A stretch of DNA of 64,000 bases from Alcanivorax sp. (GTDB lineage Bacteria > Pseudomonadota > Alphaproteobacteria > Micavibrionales > Micavibrionaceae). The stretch lies in the NCBI GenBank assembly GCA_051967755.1, contig JBQDYD010000006.1, positions 56,482 through 120,481 of the forward strand. The letters are read 5' to 3'. The notes below the pieces were generated by a model, which worked only from the letters and a program-made list of their open reading frames with translations, was not told the DNA's origin and ran no database searches. Made by a program: the position numbers and the translations under genes. Below, one piece after another: positions 38,367-48,220 of this stretch (positions are counted from its first letter, which is position 1; the number at the start of each line of letters is the position of its first letter).

Positions 38367-38906
38367 TTACATTCCAAGCAATCTGACTGAACTTTTTGCC
38401 GCATCATTACCATTTTGAATATTATCAACGGCGCTATCAATTTGATCTTGTCTGTTTTTCAATGCTTCGGCCGCCTGACCTGACATACCGTCATTCTGTG
38501 TCACGCCTTCTACGGTTGCATCTACGCCTGCATCTACGGCTTTTTCAACCGCTTCATCGGCTTTTCCAAACAACCCGGCAAGCGCACCGCCAAGTTCCTC
38601 ATACCAAGTTGGCCCATGATCTTCCAGCATTTGCTCATTGGTTACATCGGGTGCACGACCATATTCCTGCGCTGCTTGTTCCGAAAATAAAATGCGGCGA
38701 ATTTGACTGTCCGTTGCCTCATAGTCATCAACGCCTTGAGCAAAAGCTTGATTCGCTATTTCCTCTCTCAGAGATTCGACTTGCGCCTCACCAACAGGTA
38801 AAGCAATGAAATCATCCAAAGCGTTCGGATTATCTACACCTGCGAAACTGTCATATTGCGTTAAATTAATAAACGTCAATTGCTCTGTTGAAATGTTCAC
38901 ACCCAT
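38367..38906 (-). CDS. hypothetical acidic protein
   Basis: 179 aa, Asp/Glu/Ala/Gln-rich, with no signal peptide and no family recognised. Confidence 0.45.
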   Translation of the reverse strand: MGVNISTEQLTFINLTQYDSFAGVDNPNALDDFIALPVGEAQVESLREEIANQAFAQGVDDYEATDSQIRRILFSEQAAQEYGRAPDVTNEQMLEDHGPTWYEELGGALAGLFGKADEAVEKAVDAGVDATVEGVTQNDGMSGQAAEALKNRQDQIDSAVDNIQNGNDAAKSSVRLLGM

Positions 38907-39073
38907 AATCTTGTCCTTATTTTTTAATTTTTATGCCTACATTTTAAATTATAAAGTTTCACCTTGGCAAGAAATAAGAGTCCAAAACTTTATAAAATAT
39001 GCCCTCAAAAGCGTGTTTTTTCCCACAATATGCATCAAAGGAAACTGAATCATAAAAATTCAAATGCTTTCAC

Positions 39074-39103
39074 TTGACAAAAAACACAAAAATTGGCCAT
39101 ATA
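39074..39103 (+). promoter_or_regulatory. sigma70-like promoter candidate for tRNA-Met
   Basis: TTGACA (39074-39079), an 18-nt spacer, then CATATA (39098-39103), about 40 nt upstream of the tRNA 5' end. Confidence 0.35.
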
Positions 39104-39143
39104 CGCCATCGAGTTTTCTCGACCCTGAATACATACCAAAAGT

Positions 39144-39219
39144 GGCGGAGTAGCTCAGGGGTTAGAGCAGAGGAATCATAATCCTTGTGTCGGGAGTTCA
39201 AATCTCTCCTCCGCTACCA
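39144..39219 (+). tRNA. tRNA-Met (anticodon CAT), elongator-like; tRNA-Ile2 (lysidine) not excluded
   Basis: Hand-folded 76-nt cloverleaf: acceptor GGCGGAG/CTCCGCT, D arm GCTC/GAGC, anticodon arm GAGGA-ATCATAA-TCCTT, T arm GGGAG-TTCAAAT-CTCTC, with encoded CCA. It lacks the initiator features (1-72 mismatch, three G-C pairs in the anticodon stem). Confidence 0.85.
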
Positions 39220-39278
39220 TTTTTCTTAAATTCATTAAAAAGTGCAGTCGTCGTATAAGACGGCAAAATGCCCGTAAA

Positions 39279-39488
39279 TTAAACTATCGGATACAGGCTA
39301 CCGTCTATATGTGCCGATATTTTAAATGGTATTTTTTTCTCACCGCTAAGCCATTGATTAACAGTCACGACAGACACCCCATGCATATCTGCAAACTGCT
39401 CCGGCGTTTGACCTGAATTTTTCAGGTGATTTTTCAATTCGCACGCAGTCGGCCTGAAATAATCAAATATACTCGTAATATACTTCAT
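39279..39488 (-). CDS. small XRE/Cro-like helix-turn-helix protein
   Basis: 69 aa. TPEQFADMHGVSVVTVNQWLSGEKKIP fits the Cro/CI HTH pattern. The context is AT-rich and lies just 3' of tRNA-Met. Confidence 0.5.
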   Translation of the reverse strand: MKYITSIFDYFRPTACELKNHLKNSGQTPEQFADMHGVSVVTVNQWLSGEKKIPFKISAHIDGSLYPIV

Positions 39489-39595
39489 ATCTAAAAATAA
39501 ACCCTAGGTTGCATGAAAATATTACATTACACGCACAGCAAATGCAACAGATAGCGATCATGCCGCTATCGCATAGATATGAATGGTATTACGGG

Positions 39596-40435
39596 CTATA
39601 GAATGACAGTACGGTCACCCTGCAGGAAGATACGGCGCTGCGTGTATAACTCGATTGAGCGCGACAGCACTTTCGCCTCTGTATCTCGCCCCAGAACCTG
39701 CAATTTCTTCGGGTCATAGCGATGATCAATGCGCACGACATCTTGTTCAATAATCGGCCCCTCATCCAAATCCGCCGTTGCAAAATGCGCCGTTGCGCCG
39801 ATAATTTTCACACCGCGCGCATGCGCCTGATGATAAGGCTTTGCGCCCTTAAAACCTGGCAAGAAAGAGTGATGAATGTTAATAATACGCCCCAAATATT
39901 TTTCGCACATCGTGTCAGACACAATCTGCATATAACGGGCAAGCACAATCAGCTCTGCATCCGTGTCTTCGATAATGTCACTAAATACATCCTCAACGCC
40001 GTCTTTATGACCGTTCGGCGTGGGTACATGATAATATTTCAGGCCACGCGCCTCCACCAACTCACGATTATATTCATGATTGGAAACCACCCCAACAATA
40101 TCGATATTCAGGTGCTTGGTGCGCCAACGATACAGAATGTCATTCAAACAATGATCGGCTTTCGATACGAATATGATCGTTTTAACAGCCGCATCACGTG
40201 GCGTGATTTTCCATGTCATATCATACTCTTGCGCCACCTTTCCAAATGCCTCAGCAAAGCGCTCCTCCGCCCCTTCGGATAAAGCAGAAAACACGACCCG
40301 CATGAAAAACTGCTCTGACAGGTGATCATTAAACTGTGCAGACTCCTCAATATTGCAATTTGCGTTGCTCAGTGAGGTTGCAACCGCGGCCACGATGCCC
40401 GGCCGGTCATTACATTTTAAACGAAGAATAAACAC
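39596..40435 (-). CDS. purU: formyltetrahydrofolate deformylase
   Basis: N-terminal ACT domain (LKCNDRPGIVAAV) plus a formyltransferase domain (IINIHHSFLPGFKGAKPY, HFATADLDEGPII). Confidence 0.93.
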   Translation of the reverse strand: MFILRLKCNDRPGIVAAVATSLSNANCNIEESAQFNDHLSEQFFMRVVFSALSEGAEERFAEAFGKVAQEYDMTWKITPRDAAVKTIIFVSKADHCLNDILYRWRTKHLNIDIVGVVSNHEYNRELVEARGLKYYHVPTPNGHKDGVEDVFSDIIEDTDAELIVLARYMQIVSDTMCEKYLGRIINIHHSFLPGFKGAKPYHQAHARGVKIIGATAHFATADLDEGPIIEQDVVRIDHRYDPKKLQVLGRDTEAKVLSRSIELYTQRRIFLQGDRTVIL

Positions 40436-40619
40436 GTTTGCTTTTCCAATCCTATTAAAGCCATCACATAAGCGGCCGATTATATTACGATATTTTACTT
40501 TGTCTACAGCGCGATTATAACGGGTATCGCCCTGTCACGTTTTTATTGCGCAAAATCCGGACTTTTAGTAATATGTTAAAAAATAATAAGAAAAACGATG
40601 TTATTAGGGGTGTGTAAGG

Positions 40620-41897
40620 ATGTCGAGTAATCCTTCAGAAACGGATTTCACAAATATAGACTTACTTGGGATGTTTGAAGACAAATCCCCGAGAGACTTC
40701 TATGATGTCACATTAAGCGAGCGCCGCGTTGCCGTTTTATCCCTGATAGAGCCAGCCTCCGAAGCGACAGGCGTGAACGCAGACACATTGCGCGGTATGT
40801 GGTGGGTGGAAAGCCGCTCCGGTCATCCTGACATGTTGGTCAGTCCGACAAATGCCAAGGGGGATTGGCAGTTCACCAAAGAAACGCAGGCGAATATGTT
40901 CCTGCATTACGGCCCTGAAATCGCAGAGAACCTTGAAGAATATGGCTTCGCGTTAGAAGCAGAAAATGTACGCATGTTTACACGCGGCCTGCGCAACCTT
41001 GCCATCGAAGAGCGCGGCATTGAAACAGGAACGATAGATTTAGAATCAAGCGAAGCCAACGCACTGTTCAGGGATGTCGGCCTATCATGGAGCAATGACA
41101 TCGTCCCCGCATCAAACAGAGGGTTTTTCAACAACGCAGAGAGCTTTGAAAATATCGATAACGGCAGCGTAACACTGACGAACTATAACCAAATGCACCC
41201 CGGTGATATGAATTTCCTTGAACGCATGGATCGCACGCGTTTGGATCTGCCGGCGACAATGACATTTACGGCGGCGTTTTACATGAAGGAAATCGCAGAA
41301 GATGCAGGCGTGGATGCCAGTGATTACAATAATGCAGGCTCACTCTATGCCGGATATAATATCGGCCCCGGAAATGCGGCGCGCCTGTCCAATGATTTAT
41401 CAGATAACTCCAATGCGATGGGGTCGATCGGTAACGCCGCAGAGAAAAACCCGTACTTCTTCCGCAATAACGCAACCGGTGAAAAAGCCCTTGAGAATTA
41501 CCAAGAAGCCGTAGACGGGTGGCGAAACTTTCAATTATATGAACTTGAACCGCCACAAACATTGGTCGAAGGAATCGCCCGCGGCCTTAAAAACGAAAAT
41601 GACCCGACAATTAATCCGTATGATGTCTATAGCAATGTCATGGAAGACCGCGGATATTATGACCGCGCAGAAACCCTACAAGCCGTAAGGGAAAACCCGC
41701 TGCATTATCCATTCCAATATACAAATGGAATCAACCTGCCATTTACATACTCAACGGATATTATGACACCATACAGTTTTGATCCGATCCCTCACATAGA
41801 CCCGCAGAATTTCCGCATGTCTCAAGCTGAAAAAGCATTGTTGATCGTCGACATACCGACAGCTGACGAAGAAGAATTCTTGCCGACACCGAGATAA
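40620..41897 (+). CDS. lytic transglycosylase (SLT) domain-containing protein, no evident signal peptide
   Basis: The catalytic E-S (WWVESRSG), a GLMQ-equivalent (AKGDWQFTKET) and an AYNAG-equivalent (AGYNIGPGNA) occur in the correct order. The remainder is unrecognised. Confidence 0.5.
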   Translation: MSSNPSETDFTNIDLLGMFEDKSPRDFYDVTLSERRVAVLSLIEPASEATGVNADTLRGMWWVESRSGHPDMLVSPTNAKGDWQFTKETQANMFLHYGPEIAENLEEYGFALEAENVRMFTRGLRNLAIEERGIETGTIDLESSEANALFRDVGLSWSNDIVPASNRGFFNNAESFENIDNGSVTLTNYNQMHPGDMNFLERMDRTRLDLPATMTFTAAFYMKEIAEDAGVDASDYNNAGSLYAGYNIGPGNAARLSNDLSDNSNAMGSIGNAAEKNPYFFRNNATGEKALENYQEAVDGWRNFQLYELEPPQTLVEGIARGLKNENDPTINPYDVYSNVMEDRGYYDRAETLQAVRENPLHYPFQYTNGINLPFTYSTDIMTPYSFDPIPHIDPQNFRMSQAEKALLIVDIPTADEEEFLPTPR

Positions 41898-41945
41898 AAA
41901 AATATGGTGCAAGGGTAAACGCAGAACAAAAGAAAGTTTACTGTA

Positions 41946-43001
41946 ATGAAATTATTATATGGCGTTAACGGCGTTGGCAGCGGCCACCTTACGAGGGCCC
42001 ATATCATGATTCCAAAACTGCAAGCCGCAGGCGCGGATGTAACAACCATTCTATCCGGTCGCCCCGCAGATAAGTTCAAAGATATCGACGCCCTGCCCAA
42101 CCCGCAATTCAGACAAGGCCTGACCATTGATCAGGGCGATGGCGGGATGAGCTTTATCGGAACATCCCTAAACATTGCGCAACAAACCCCTACTCTGGTG
42201 CGTGATGTCATGAATATGGATATGAGCGGGTACGATCTTGTCATCACCGATTTTGAACCTATATCCGCATGGGCGGCAAAGCGCGCAGGTGTGCCCTCTA
42301 TCGGTGTTGCGCATCACTTCGCATTTCAACATGATGTCCCGAAAGCAGGGAAATATTCACCCTTTATGATGTTTATGAACAACATCGTTCCCGTCGATAC
42401 CCCGCTTGGCCTGCATTACGATAAATTCGATCAGCCTATATTGCCCCCAATCATTGACGAAACAAAACTGGCAAACCTGTCAGGCGGCGAGGTAGACCCG
42501 CACAAAGTTCTGGTTTATATGGATTTTGAAGATCAGGGAAAGCTGGCCAATATGCTCCGTGAGCATCCAAGCCATGATTTTTATATTTACGCGACATCGA
42601 ACGAAGCCGATATTGATGACGGCAACATTCATTTAAGACGCCGATCACGCGAAGGGTTCCAACGTGATTTTGCATCATCATCAGGCCTGATCACAAATGC
42701 AGGCTTTACAGGCACATCAGAAGGGCTTCATCTCGGCAAAAAAATGTTGGTAAAACCGACCATGGGGCAAAAAGAACAAGAATCAAACGCGCTCGCACTC
42801 GAAGATTTAGGCTACGCCAGCACCATGACATCACTCAACGCAGAAAAAGTTGCACAATGGCTGCAGGAAGATAAAAGCGTAAAGATCACCTACCCTGACA
42901 CCGCTCAAGCCATCACAGACTGGATTGCAGAAGGAAGCTGGGACGATGCACATGCTTTATCAGATGAGCTGTGGAGAACCACAACCTATGACCATAGCTA
43001 G
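41946..43001 (+). CDS. glycosyltransferase, MJ1255/VC1260 (GT28-like) family
   Basis: N-terminal YGVNGVGSGHLTRA and a C-terminal nucleotide-sugar binding region (ITNAGFTGTSEGLHLGKKMLVKP..QKEQESNA). Confidence 0.7.
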   Translation: MKLLYGVNGVGSGHLTRAHIMIPKLQAAGADVTTILSGRPADKFKDIDALPNPQFRQGLTIDQGDGGMSFIGTSLNIAQQTPTLVRDVMNMDMSGYDLVITDFEPISAWAAKRAGVPSIGVAHHFAFQHDVPKAGKYSPFMMFMNNIVPVDTPLGLHYDKFDQPILPPIIDETKLANLSGGEVDPHKVLVYMDFEDQGKLANMLREHPSHDFYIYATSNEADIDDGNIHLRRRSREGFQRDFASSSGLITNAGFTGTSEGLHLGKKMLVKPTMGQKEQESNALALEDLGYASTMTSLNAEKVAQWLQEDKSVKITYPDTAQAITDWIAEGSWDDAHALSDELWRTTTYDHS

Positions 43002-43003
43002 GC

Positions 43004-44152
43004 TTACTTATGCCCATCCTCAATAACAATGTCATCATCCTCCATATAAGCGGCCTCTGCATTATCCGCCCGCAATAAAAACCCGGGAATAGCGGCACTT
43101 GCGACCACAACCAACATAATAACGGAGAACATTTGTTCATCAATAATTCCGGTTTCCAAACCAACCGTAGCGGTAATAATCCCGAAGCTTAGACGGTAAT
43201 TAAACAAAATACCGCTAAACCCCGCATAATCCTTAATAAATTTACGTGCAGGTATGTACGTCCCTAAATATTTCAAAGATGTTGCCGCCACGAACATGAC
43301 TGCCGCCACCATCAAATACTCCATATCCAAACTGCTCAGATCAATGCGCGTCCCCGAATAAAGAAAGAAAATCGGCGCGAAGAAGCCTAGCACCATGCCC
43401 ATAAGCTTCGCCTTAACGGCTTTGTTATCCTCCACAATGCGCGCCATGACCACCCCCACCATAAAGGCAACCAGTGACGGATGCACATGACCGATATTTT
43501 CGGCCATAGACCCCATACCCACAATCACAACCATCAGAAACCTGAGCTCCGGCTGTGCCAATGATCCGGGATATCGCTTAAACATCCATAAGCCGAAACG
43601 CGGCAGCGCAAGCAAACAAAAAACAAATATAACCGCAAAGATAAACGTGCCGAGGCCGACCTCTCCCAGTAAAATCGCCAATGTGACCATACTGAGCACA
43701 TCCACAACCGAGGCTGAGCTAAACATCACTTGCCCTTCACGCGTGCGTAATAAGGACTGCTCTTTTAATAAATGATAGACCAATGCCAAAGATGTAGTAG
43801 ATAGCCCGATACCGATTAATGCGGATTGAAGAAAGTTCATCCCCAGCCAGAGACTACACAAAGCATAAACCCCGGCAAAAGGAAGTACAAAAGAAGAGAC
43901 ACCTATACACGTACTGGAAAGCCAGTTCTGCCTGAGCTCCCGCACCCGTAGCTCAAAACCGGCGACGAACATCAACGCAAGCATCCCTAAATTGGCCAAG
44001 AATTCCAGCCAGTCTGTATGAGAAATATCAACCATGAAAAGCGCCAACCCCATGCCCGCCAGAATTTCCAAGACTGCGCTCGATATTTTAAGCTCATAAG
44101 ATATTACGGCAGCCAGAATCAACGCCAAAGCCACGGCAAGAGATACTTCCAT
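43004..44152 (-). CDS. cation:proton antiporter (CPA family Na+/H+ or K+/H+ exchanger)
   Basis: 382 aa with about 11-12 TM helices and Kef/Nha-type exchanger sequence features. Confidence 0.75.
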   Translation of the reverse strand: MEVSLAVALALILAAVISYELKISSAVLEILAGMGLALFMVDISHTDWLEFLANLGMLALMFVAGFELRVRELRQNWLSSTCIGVSSFVLPFAGVYALCSLWLGMNFLQSALIGIGLSTTSLALVYHLLKEQSLLRTREGQVMFSSASVVDVLSMVTLAILLGEVGLGTFIFAVIFVFCLLALPRFGLWMFKRYPGSLAQPELRFLMVVIVGMGSMAENIGHVHPSLVAFMVGVVMARIVEDNKAVKAKLMGMVLGFFAPIFFLYSGTRIDLSSLDMEYLMVAAVMFVAATSLKYLGTYIPARKFIKDYAGFSGILFNYRLSFGIITATVGLETGIIDEQMFSVIMLVVVASAAIPGFLLRADNAEAAYMEDDDIVIEDGHK

Positions 44153-44353
44153 TCATCACCCCATTTCGAAAATTATAATGCCTGAAGATTTTAGGCAATT
44201 CGCAAAGGACGTGTAAAGGGTAAACCCACCGCCGAAGCCTTTGATATAAAATTAAAAATAACAAAATTGAATATTTTCACAAAAAACTATGCTCTTAAGG
44301 CTTGCTTTTTAATTCTGACTTATGTAGGTTTCCGTTCATCCGTTTTTAAGCGT

Positions 44354-44427
44354 TGGGGTATGGCCAAGCGGTAAGGCATCGGTTTTTGGTATCGTGATCC
44401 CTGGTTCGAATCCAGGTACCCCAGCCA
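44354..44427 (+). tRNA. tRNA-Gln (anticodon TTG)
   Basis: Hand-folded 74-nt cloverleaf: acceptor TGGGGTA/TACCCCA (U1-A72, as in bacterial tRNA-Gln), T arm CCTGG-TTCGAAT-CCAGG, anticodon loop TTTTGGT, discriminator G, with encoded CCA. Confidence 0.88.
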
Positions 44428-44703
44428 TTTTTCTTCAAAAACATTACGAAACACAAAAACCTGCGCCGCAGGCATATAATGATGCAAACCGGTCATTAAA
44501 AAGCAAAAACCACAACGTTATTGAACACTTAAAGCAACAAGCATAGACATTCCCCTCATTTCCCTGTTTACTCTTACTCGTGGGTATTCAAATATTGGGA
44601 ACTCCCAACATCTTTTTGATAATTCTGCTTAAAATCAATTATGATACCTAATTGAGCGCGTTACTGATTTAATAAATAACTTAAATAATGGGACTGTTTA
44701 TTT

Positions 44704-46809
44704 GTGAAAACACCTCATATTTTAACATTTATGACCTGTTTTGTCGGTTTGATAGTCACCTTTACGGCGTATTTCACCTATAAGGACTTCGAAGACAAAA
44801 AACATGTCCAAAAAATCATCTCTGACAATCACAAACAACTGGCGAAAATAGAACGCCATATCCAAAATAACGTTCTTGTCCTAAGCATCCTCAAATCTTT
44901 TTTTGACGCCTCAACACAGGTGAGCCGTGAAGACTTCAAGGTCTTTGCCGGATCCCTATTAAAAATAAACCCCGCTATTCAGGCCGTGGAATGGGTTCCC
45001 AAACTCCGTCACAAAGACAGAGACGCACATAAAAAGATGGCTCAAGAGGATGGATTTGAACATTACGACATCATGGAACCATCCCCGAATGGCGACCTTA
45101 TGGTGTCCGGTAAACGGGATGTATATTACCCCGTCTATTATGTCGAACCCTATGAGGGTAACGAAATTGTTTTGGGCTTGGACCCTCCAAATCACAAGCA
45201 TAGAACCAACGCAATAAAACAAGCCACAGAAACAGGACAACCCAGCGCCACACCTGCCATGACCCTGACGCAGGAAAAAAAACACCAAAAAGGAATCCTG
45301 ATATTCAGCCCCGTATATAAAGGGTCTGAGCCCCCAACAACCATAGAAGAACGCCATGAAAACCTACATGGGTTGGTTCTGCTGGTTCTCAGGATTGGTG
45401 ATATGATGAATTACACATTACAGCCATCCTATAACAAAAGAGGTGTCTCCGTCACAGACATCACATCCCCTGATGCGCATGAATTGCTATTTGAAAGTGA
45501 CCTTAATACGTCCTCATTAACCTATACGACGACACAACATATTGATGTTGCAGGCCGCACATGGCTGATTAGCACCTACCCCCTATTGATGAACGGGCAC
45601 GGCTTTTTTGATGGTATCTCATGGCTTGTTCTGTTGGTTGGCATAAGCTTTAACGGCTTCCTTACCCTTATCATTTACCAACTGGTTAACCGCCGCAGAA
45701 TTGTCGAAAACCTTGTTGCCACAAGAACACAAGAAGTTCAGGAATTGAGCGCAGCGATGGAGCGCACGGTTGAAGGCGTTTCAATAATAAATGACCAAGG
45801 TCAATATGCATATATTAACGAAGCATATGCAAAAACCTGCGGATATACCGCGACAGAATTACTGGATCAAGAATGGCACACCACAATAGCAGATACAGAT
45901 ATCACAACCATGCAAGGCGCGTATGACCACATGTTTGAAACAGGCAAAGCCTCTGTAGAGCCAAATGCGGTGAAAAAGAATGGTGAACGGTTTAATGCAC
46001 GGATAACCCTGATCCGAAAAGATGATGAAAACGGTAACTTCGTTGGAAATTATTGTTTTATGACTGACATCACCCAAAGAAAAACAACAGAAATAAATTT
46101 AAAACAAGCCAATGCGGAGCTCGAAGAATTTGCATACCGCACCTCACACGATCTGCGCTCTCCGCTTATTTCTTCCATCAGCCTCCTTTCATTGGCAAAA
46201 AGCTCCATGGAGAAAAACAACCATAAAGTTGCCTTGGACTGCATCAATCATATTGATAAATCATTGAAGAAGCTGGACAGGCTTGTTGGCGACATTTTGG
46301 CACTGACCAAGATAAAGGCTTTTGATGAACAAGGCGACGACATAAACATAGAAGACATGATCGATGACGCCCTTAGCAAACTATCAAACATGCCCAACTT
46401 TGAGCGCCTGAATATTACAAAGAAAATGGAATTCACCGCCCCGCTCACTGTAAAAGAAAGCCGCCTACAACTGATCGTCGAAAACCTGATTTCAAACGCG
46501 ATAAAATATCAGGACTTAAATGAAACGCAATCAACGATCGAAATAACAACCCGAGAAGAGGACGGGCATTTCATTCTTGAGGTAAAAGACAACGGCCTCG
46601 GCATTCCGGAAGAACATCACGGACAATTATTTAAGATGTTCCAAAGGTTTCACGCCAGAACATCTTACGGATCCGGTTTGGGCTTATATATGATGAAGAA
46701 AGGCGCAGACATTCTGTCCGGCGACCTTACGTTCAAAGCATTAGAAAAAGGATCACTCTTCACATTAAACATCCCCCTTTCCAAAGGAGGCAAAGACAAT
46801 GGCGATTAA
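44704..46809 (+). CDS. CHASE-PAS sensor histidine kinase
   Basis: GTG start. Periplasmic CHASE pattern between two TM helices (AVEWVPK...YYPVYYVEPYEGNEIVLGLD...ILIFSPVY), then a PAS domain, an H-box (YRTSHDLRSPL) and HATPase N/G boxes (ISNAIKY, DNGLGIP, GSGLGL). Confidence 0.88.
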   Translation: MKTPHILTFMTCFVGLIVTFTAYFTYKDFEDKKHVQKIISDNHKQLAKIERHIQNNVLVLSILKSFFDASTQVSREDFKVFAGSLLKINPAIQAVEWVPKLRHKDRDAHKKMAQEDGFEHYDIMEPSPNGDLMVSGKRDVYYPVYYVEPYEGNEIVLGLDPPNHKHRTNAIKQATETGQPSATPAMTLTQEKKHQKGILIFSPVYKGSEPPTTIEERHENLHGLVLLVLRIGDMMNYTLQPSYNKRGVSVTDITSPDAHELLFESDLNTSSLTYTTTQHIDVAGRTWLISTYPLLMNGHGFFDGISWLVLLVGISFNGFLTLIIYQLVNRRRIVENLVATRTQEVQELSAAMERTVEGVSIINDQGQYAYINEAYAKTCGYTATELLDQEWHTTIADTDITTMQGAYDHMFETGKASVEPNAVKKNGERFNARITLIRKDDENGNFVGNYCFMTDITQRKTTEINLKQANAELEEFAYRTSHDLRSPLISSISLLSLAKSSMEKNNHKVALDCINHIDKSLKKLDRLVGDILALTKIKAFDEQGDDINIEDMIDDALSKLSNMPNFERLNITKKMEFTAPLTVKESRLQLIVENLISNAIKYQDLNETQSTIEITTREEDGHFILEVKDNGLGIPEEHHGQLFKMFQRFHARTSYGSGLGLYMMKKGADILSGDLTFKALEKGSLFTLNIPLSKGGKDNGD

Positions 46810-47179
46810 AACTATACTGCTTATCGATGACAGCGAAGCTGATCAGTTTTTTGCAAAAACCACGATTGAATTTTATGATAGTGAAATAGAAGTCACCCAA
46901 GCCTTTGACGGAAAAGAAGCGTTACAAATATTAAGTAACGCGGAAAAACAGCCCGACATCATTTTCGTTGATCTCAATATGCCTGTTATGAACGGTATAG
47001 ACTTCTTAACGCACTATACAAAAGAAGGCTTCGGCGGCAGCACAATCTTTATGCTCACCTCATCAGACCTTCCTAAGGATGTAAAAGAAAGCACAGCCTA
47101 TCAATGCGTTCGGCGCTATATGATAAAACCGTTAAAAGAACATGATCTGATCGATATATCGAAACTTCTGGCAAGCTAA
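46799..47179 (+). CDS. single-domain response regulator (receiver)
   Basis: It overlaps the kinase stop by 11 nt. The receiver motifs IDDSEAD, the IIFVDLNMPVMNG phospho-acceptor context, LTSS and KP are present. Confidence 0.88.
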   Translation: MAIKTILLIDDSEADQFFAKTTIEFYDSEIEVTQAFDGKEALQILSNAEKQPDIIFVDLNMPVMNGIDFLTHYTKEGFGGSTIFMLTSSDLPKDVKESTAYQCVRRYMIKPLKEHDLIDISKLLAS

Positions 47180-47270
47180 GCTCATACATTCGATGTTTAT
47201 TATATAAACCACTTGTGCCCGTCCGCTGATGTGCTCTATCCTTTGATTTATTAAAAGACAAGGATATAAA

Positions 47271-48077
47271 ATGGAACAGCCCACAAAGAAAATCCCCCTT
47301 CTTCTGACAATCGCGACCGCCTGTGCGTTGACATCTTTCACCGCCCAAGCCAATGACGATTTCAGCGGCTTTATCGCGGTGGGTGCCGCGACCATCCCTG
47401 ACTATGAGGGGTCTGATGATTATGATTTCATGCCGCTGCTGTTGGCGAAGGTAAATTACAAAGAAACCTATTACGCGGAACTGGTCGGCACGGCCCTGCG
47501 CGCGAATGTTTCCCCCTACCCCGCGATTGAATTCGGGCCCGTTCTTGGCTATTCGGGCGGGCGCGATGATGATGTCGACAATAACGCCGTCAGCCGCCTT
47601 CGTGAAATCGATGCAGGCGTAGAAGCAGGCGCATTTGTTAAACTGCCTTTCAAAAGCGTTCTGACCGAATATGATTCCGCCTCAATCAGCGCACAATTCC
47701 TAAGCGATATTTCTGACACACATGAAGGAACGACAATAAAACTAAGCGCAGGATATGATCGCTGGATCAATAAACAACTTAGCCTCGGCGGATCAATCAG
47801 CACGACCTACGCCAGCGATGATTACAACGATGCGTTCTTTTCTATCGATGCCGATAACGCATCACGCAGCGGCCTTAATCAATATGATGCCGATGGTGGA
47901 TTTAAAGATATCGGCCTGCGTATAAACTCACGCTATGCGCTGAATGAAAAATGGGGCGTAACAGGATTAATCGGCTATAAGAAAATGATCGGTGACGCCG
48001 CAGACAGCCCCGTGGTTGACGATGCAGGGAGCGACAATCAATGGATGGCCGGATTAGGCGTTTCTTATCGCTTTTAA
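47271..48077 (+). CDS. mipA: MipA/OmpV family outer-membrane protein
   Basis: Signal peptide, PDYEGSDDY near the N-terminus, alternating beta-strand pattern, and a terminal aromatic residue (SYRF). Confidence 0.7.
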   Translation: MEQPTKKIPLLLTIATACALTSFTAQANDDFSGFIAVGAATIPDYEGSDDYDFMPLLLAKVNYKETYYAELVGTALRANVSPYPAIEFGPVLGYSGGRDDDVDNNAVSRLREIDAGVEAGAFVKLPFKSVLTEYDSASISAQFLSDISDTHEGTTIKLSAGYDRWINKQLSLGGSISTTYASDDYNDAFFSIDADNASRSGLNQYDADGGFKDIGLRINSRYALNEKWGVTGLIGYKKMIGDAADSPVVDDAGSDNQWMAGLGVSYRF

Positions 48078-48110
48078 ACAAAAGAGAAATTCAAAAATTA
48101 GTCAATATTT

Positions 48111-48136
48111 AGAGGAGGTTAGCCCCCTCTTTTTTA
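48111..48136 (+). terminator. rho-independent terminator after mipA
   Basis: AGAGGAGG-TTAG-CCCCCTCT, an 8-bp stem with one A.C mismatch, followed by TTTTT. Confidence 0.65.
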
Positions 48137-48185
48137 CCCTATTTTTTATGCGGGATTTTTTTTCATTTTCACCTGTATTTTTTAT

Positions 48186-48214
48186 TTGCATTCCATAAAA
48201 AAAAACCTTATACA
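48186..48214 (+). promoter_or_regulatory. sigma70-like promoter candidate for the polyamine operon
   Basis: TTGCAT (48186-48191), a 17-nt A-rich spacer, then TATACA (48209-48214), preceded by T-tracts (UP-like). It predicts a leader of about 290 nt. Confidence 0.4.
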
Positions 48215-48220
48215 CTCCGC

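Noticed and set aside
39220-39595. An intact integrative or mobile element at tRNA-Met.
   Set aside because: There is no integrase or excisionase. I could find no direct repeat of the tRNA 3' end downstream, and only about 376 nt separate the tRNA from purU.
28964-46809. A functional link between the LOG-like gene (the cytokinin-activating enzyme family) and the CHASE-domain kinase (the cytokinin-receptor-type sensor domain).
   Set aside because: The genes are about 15 kb apart, on opposite strands, with unrelated housekeeping genes between them. The LOG motifs are degenerate, and both domains have many functions unrelated to cytokinins.
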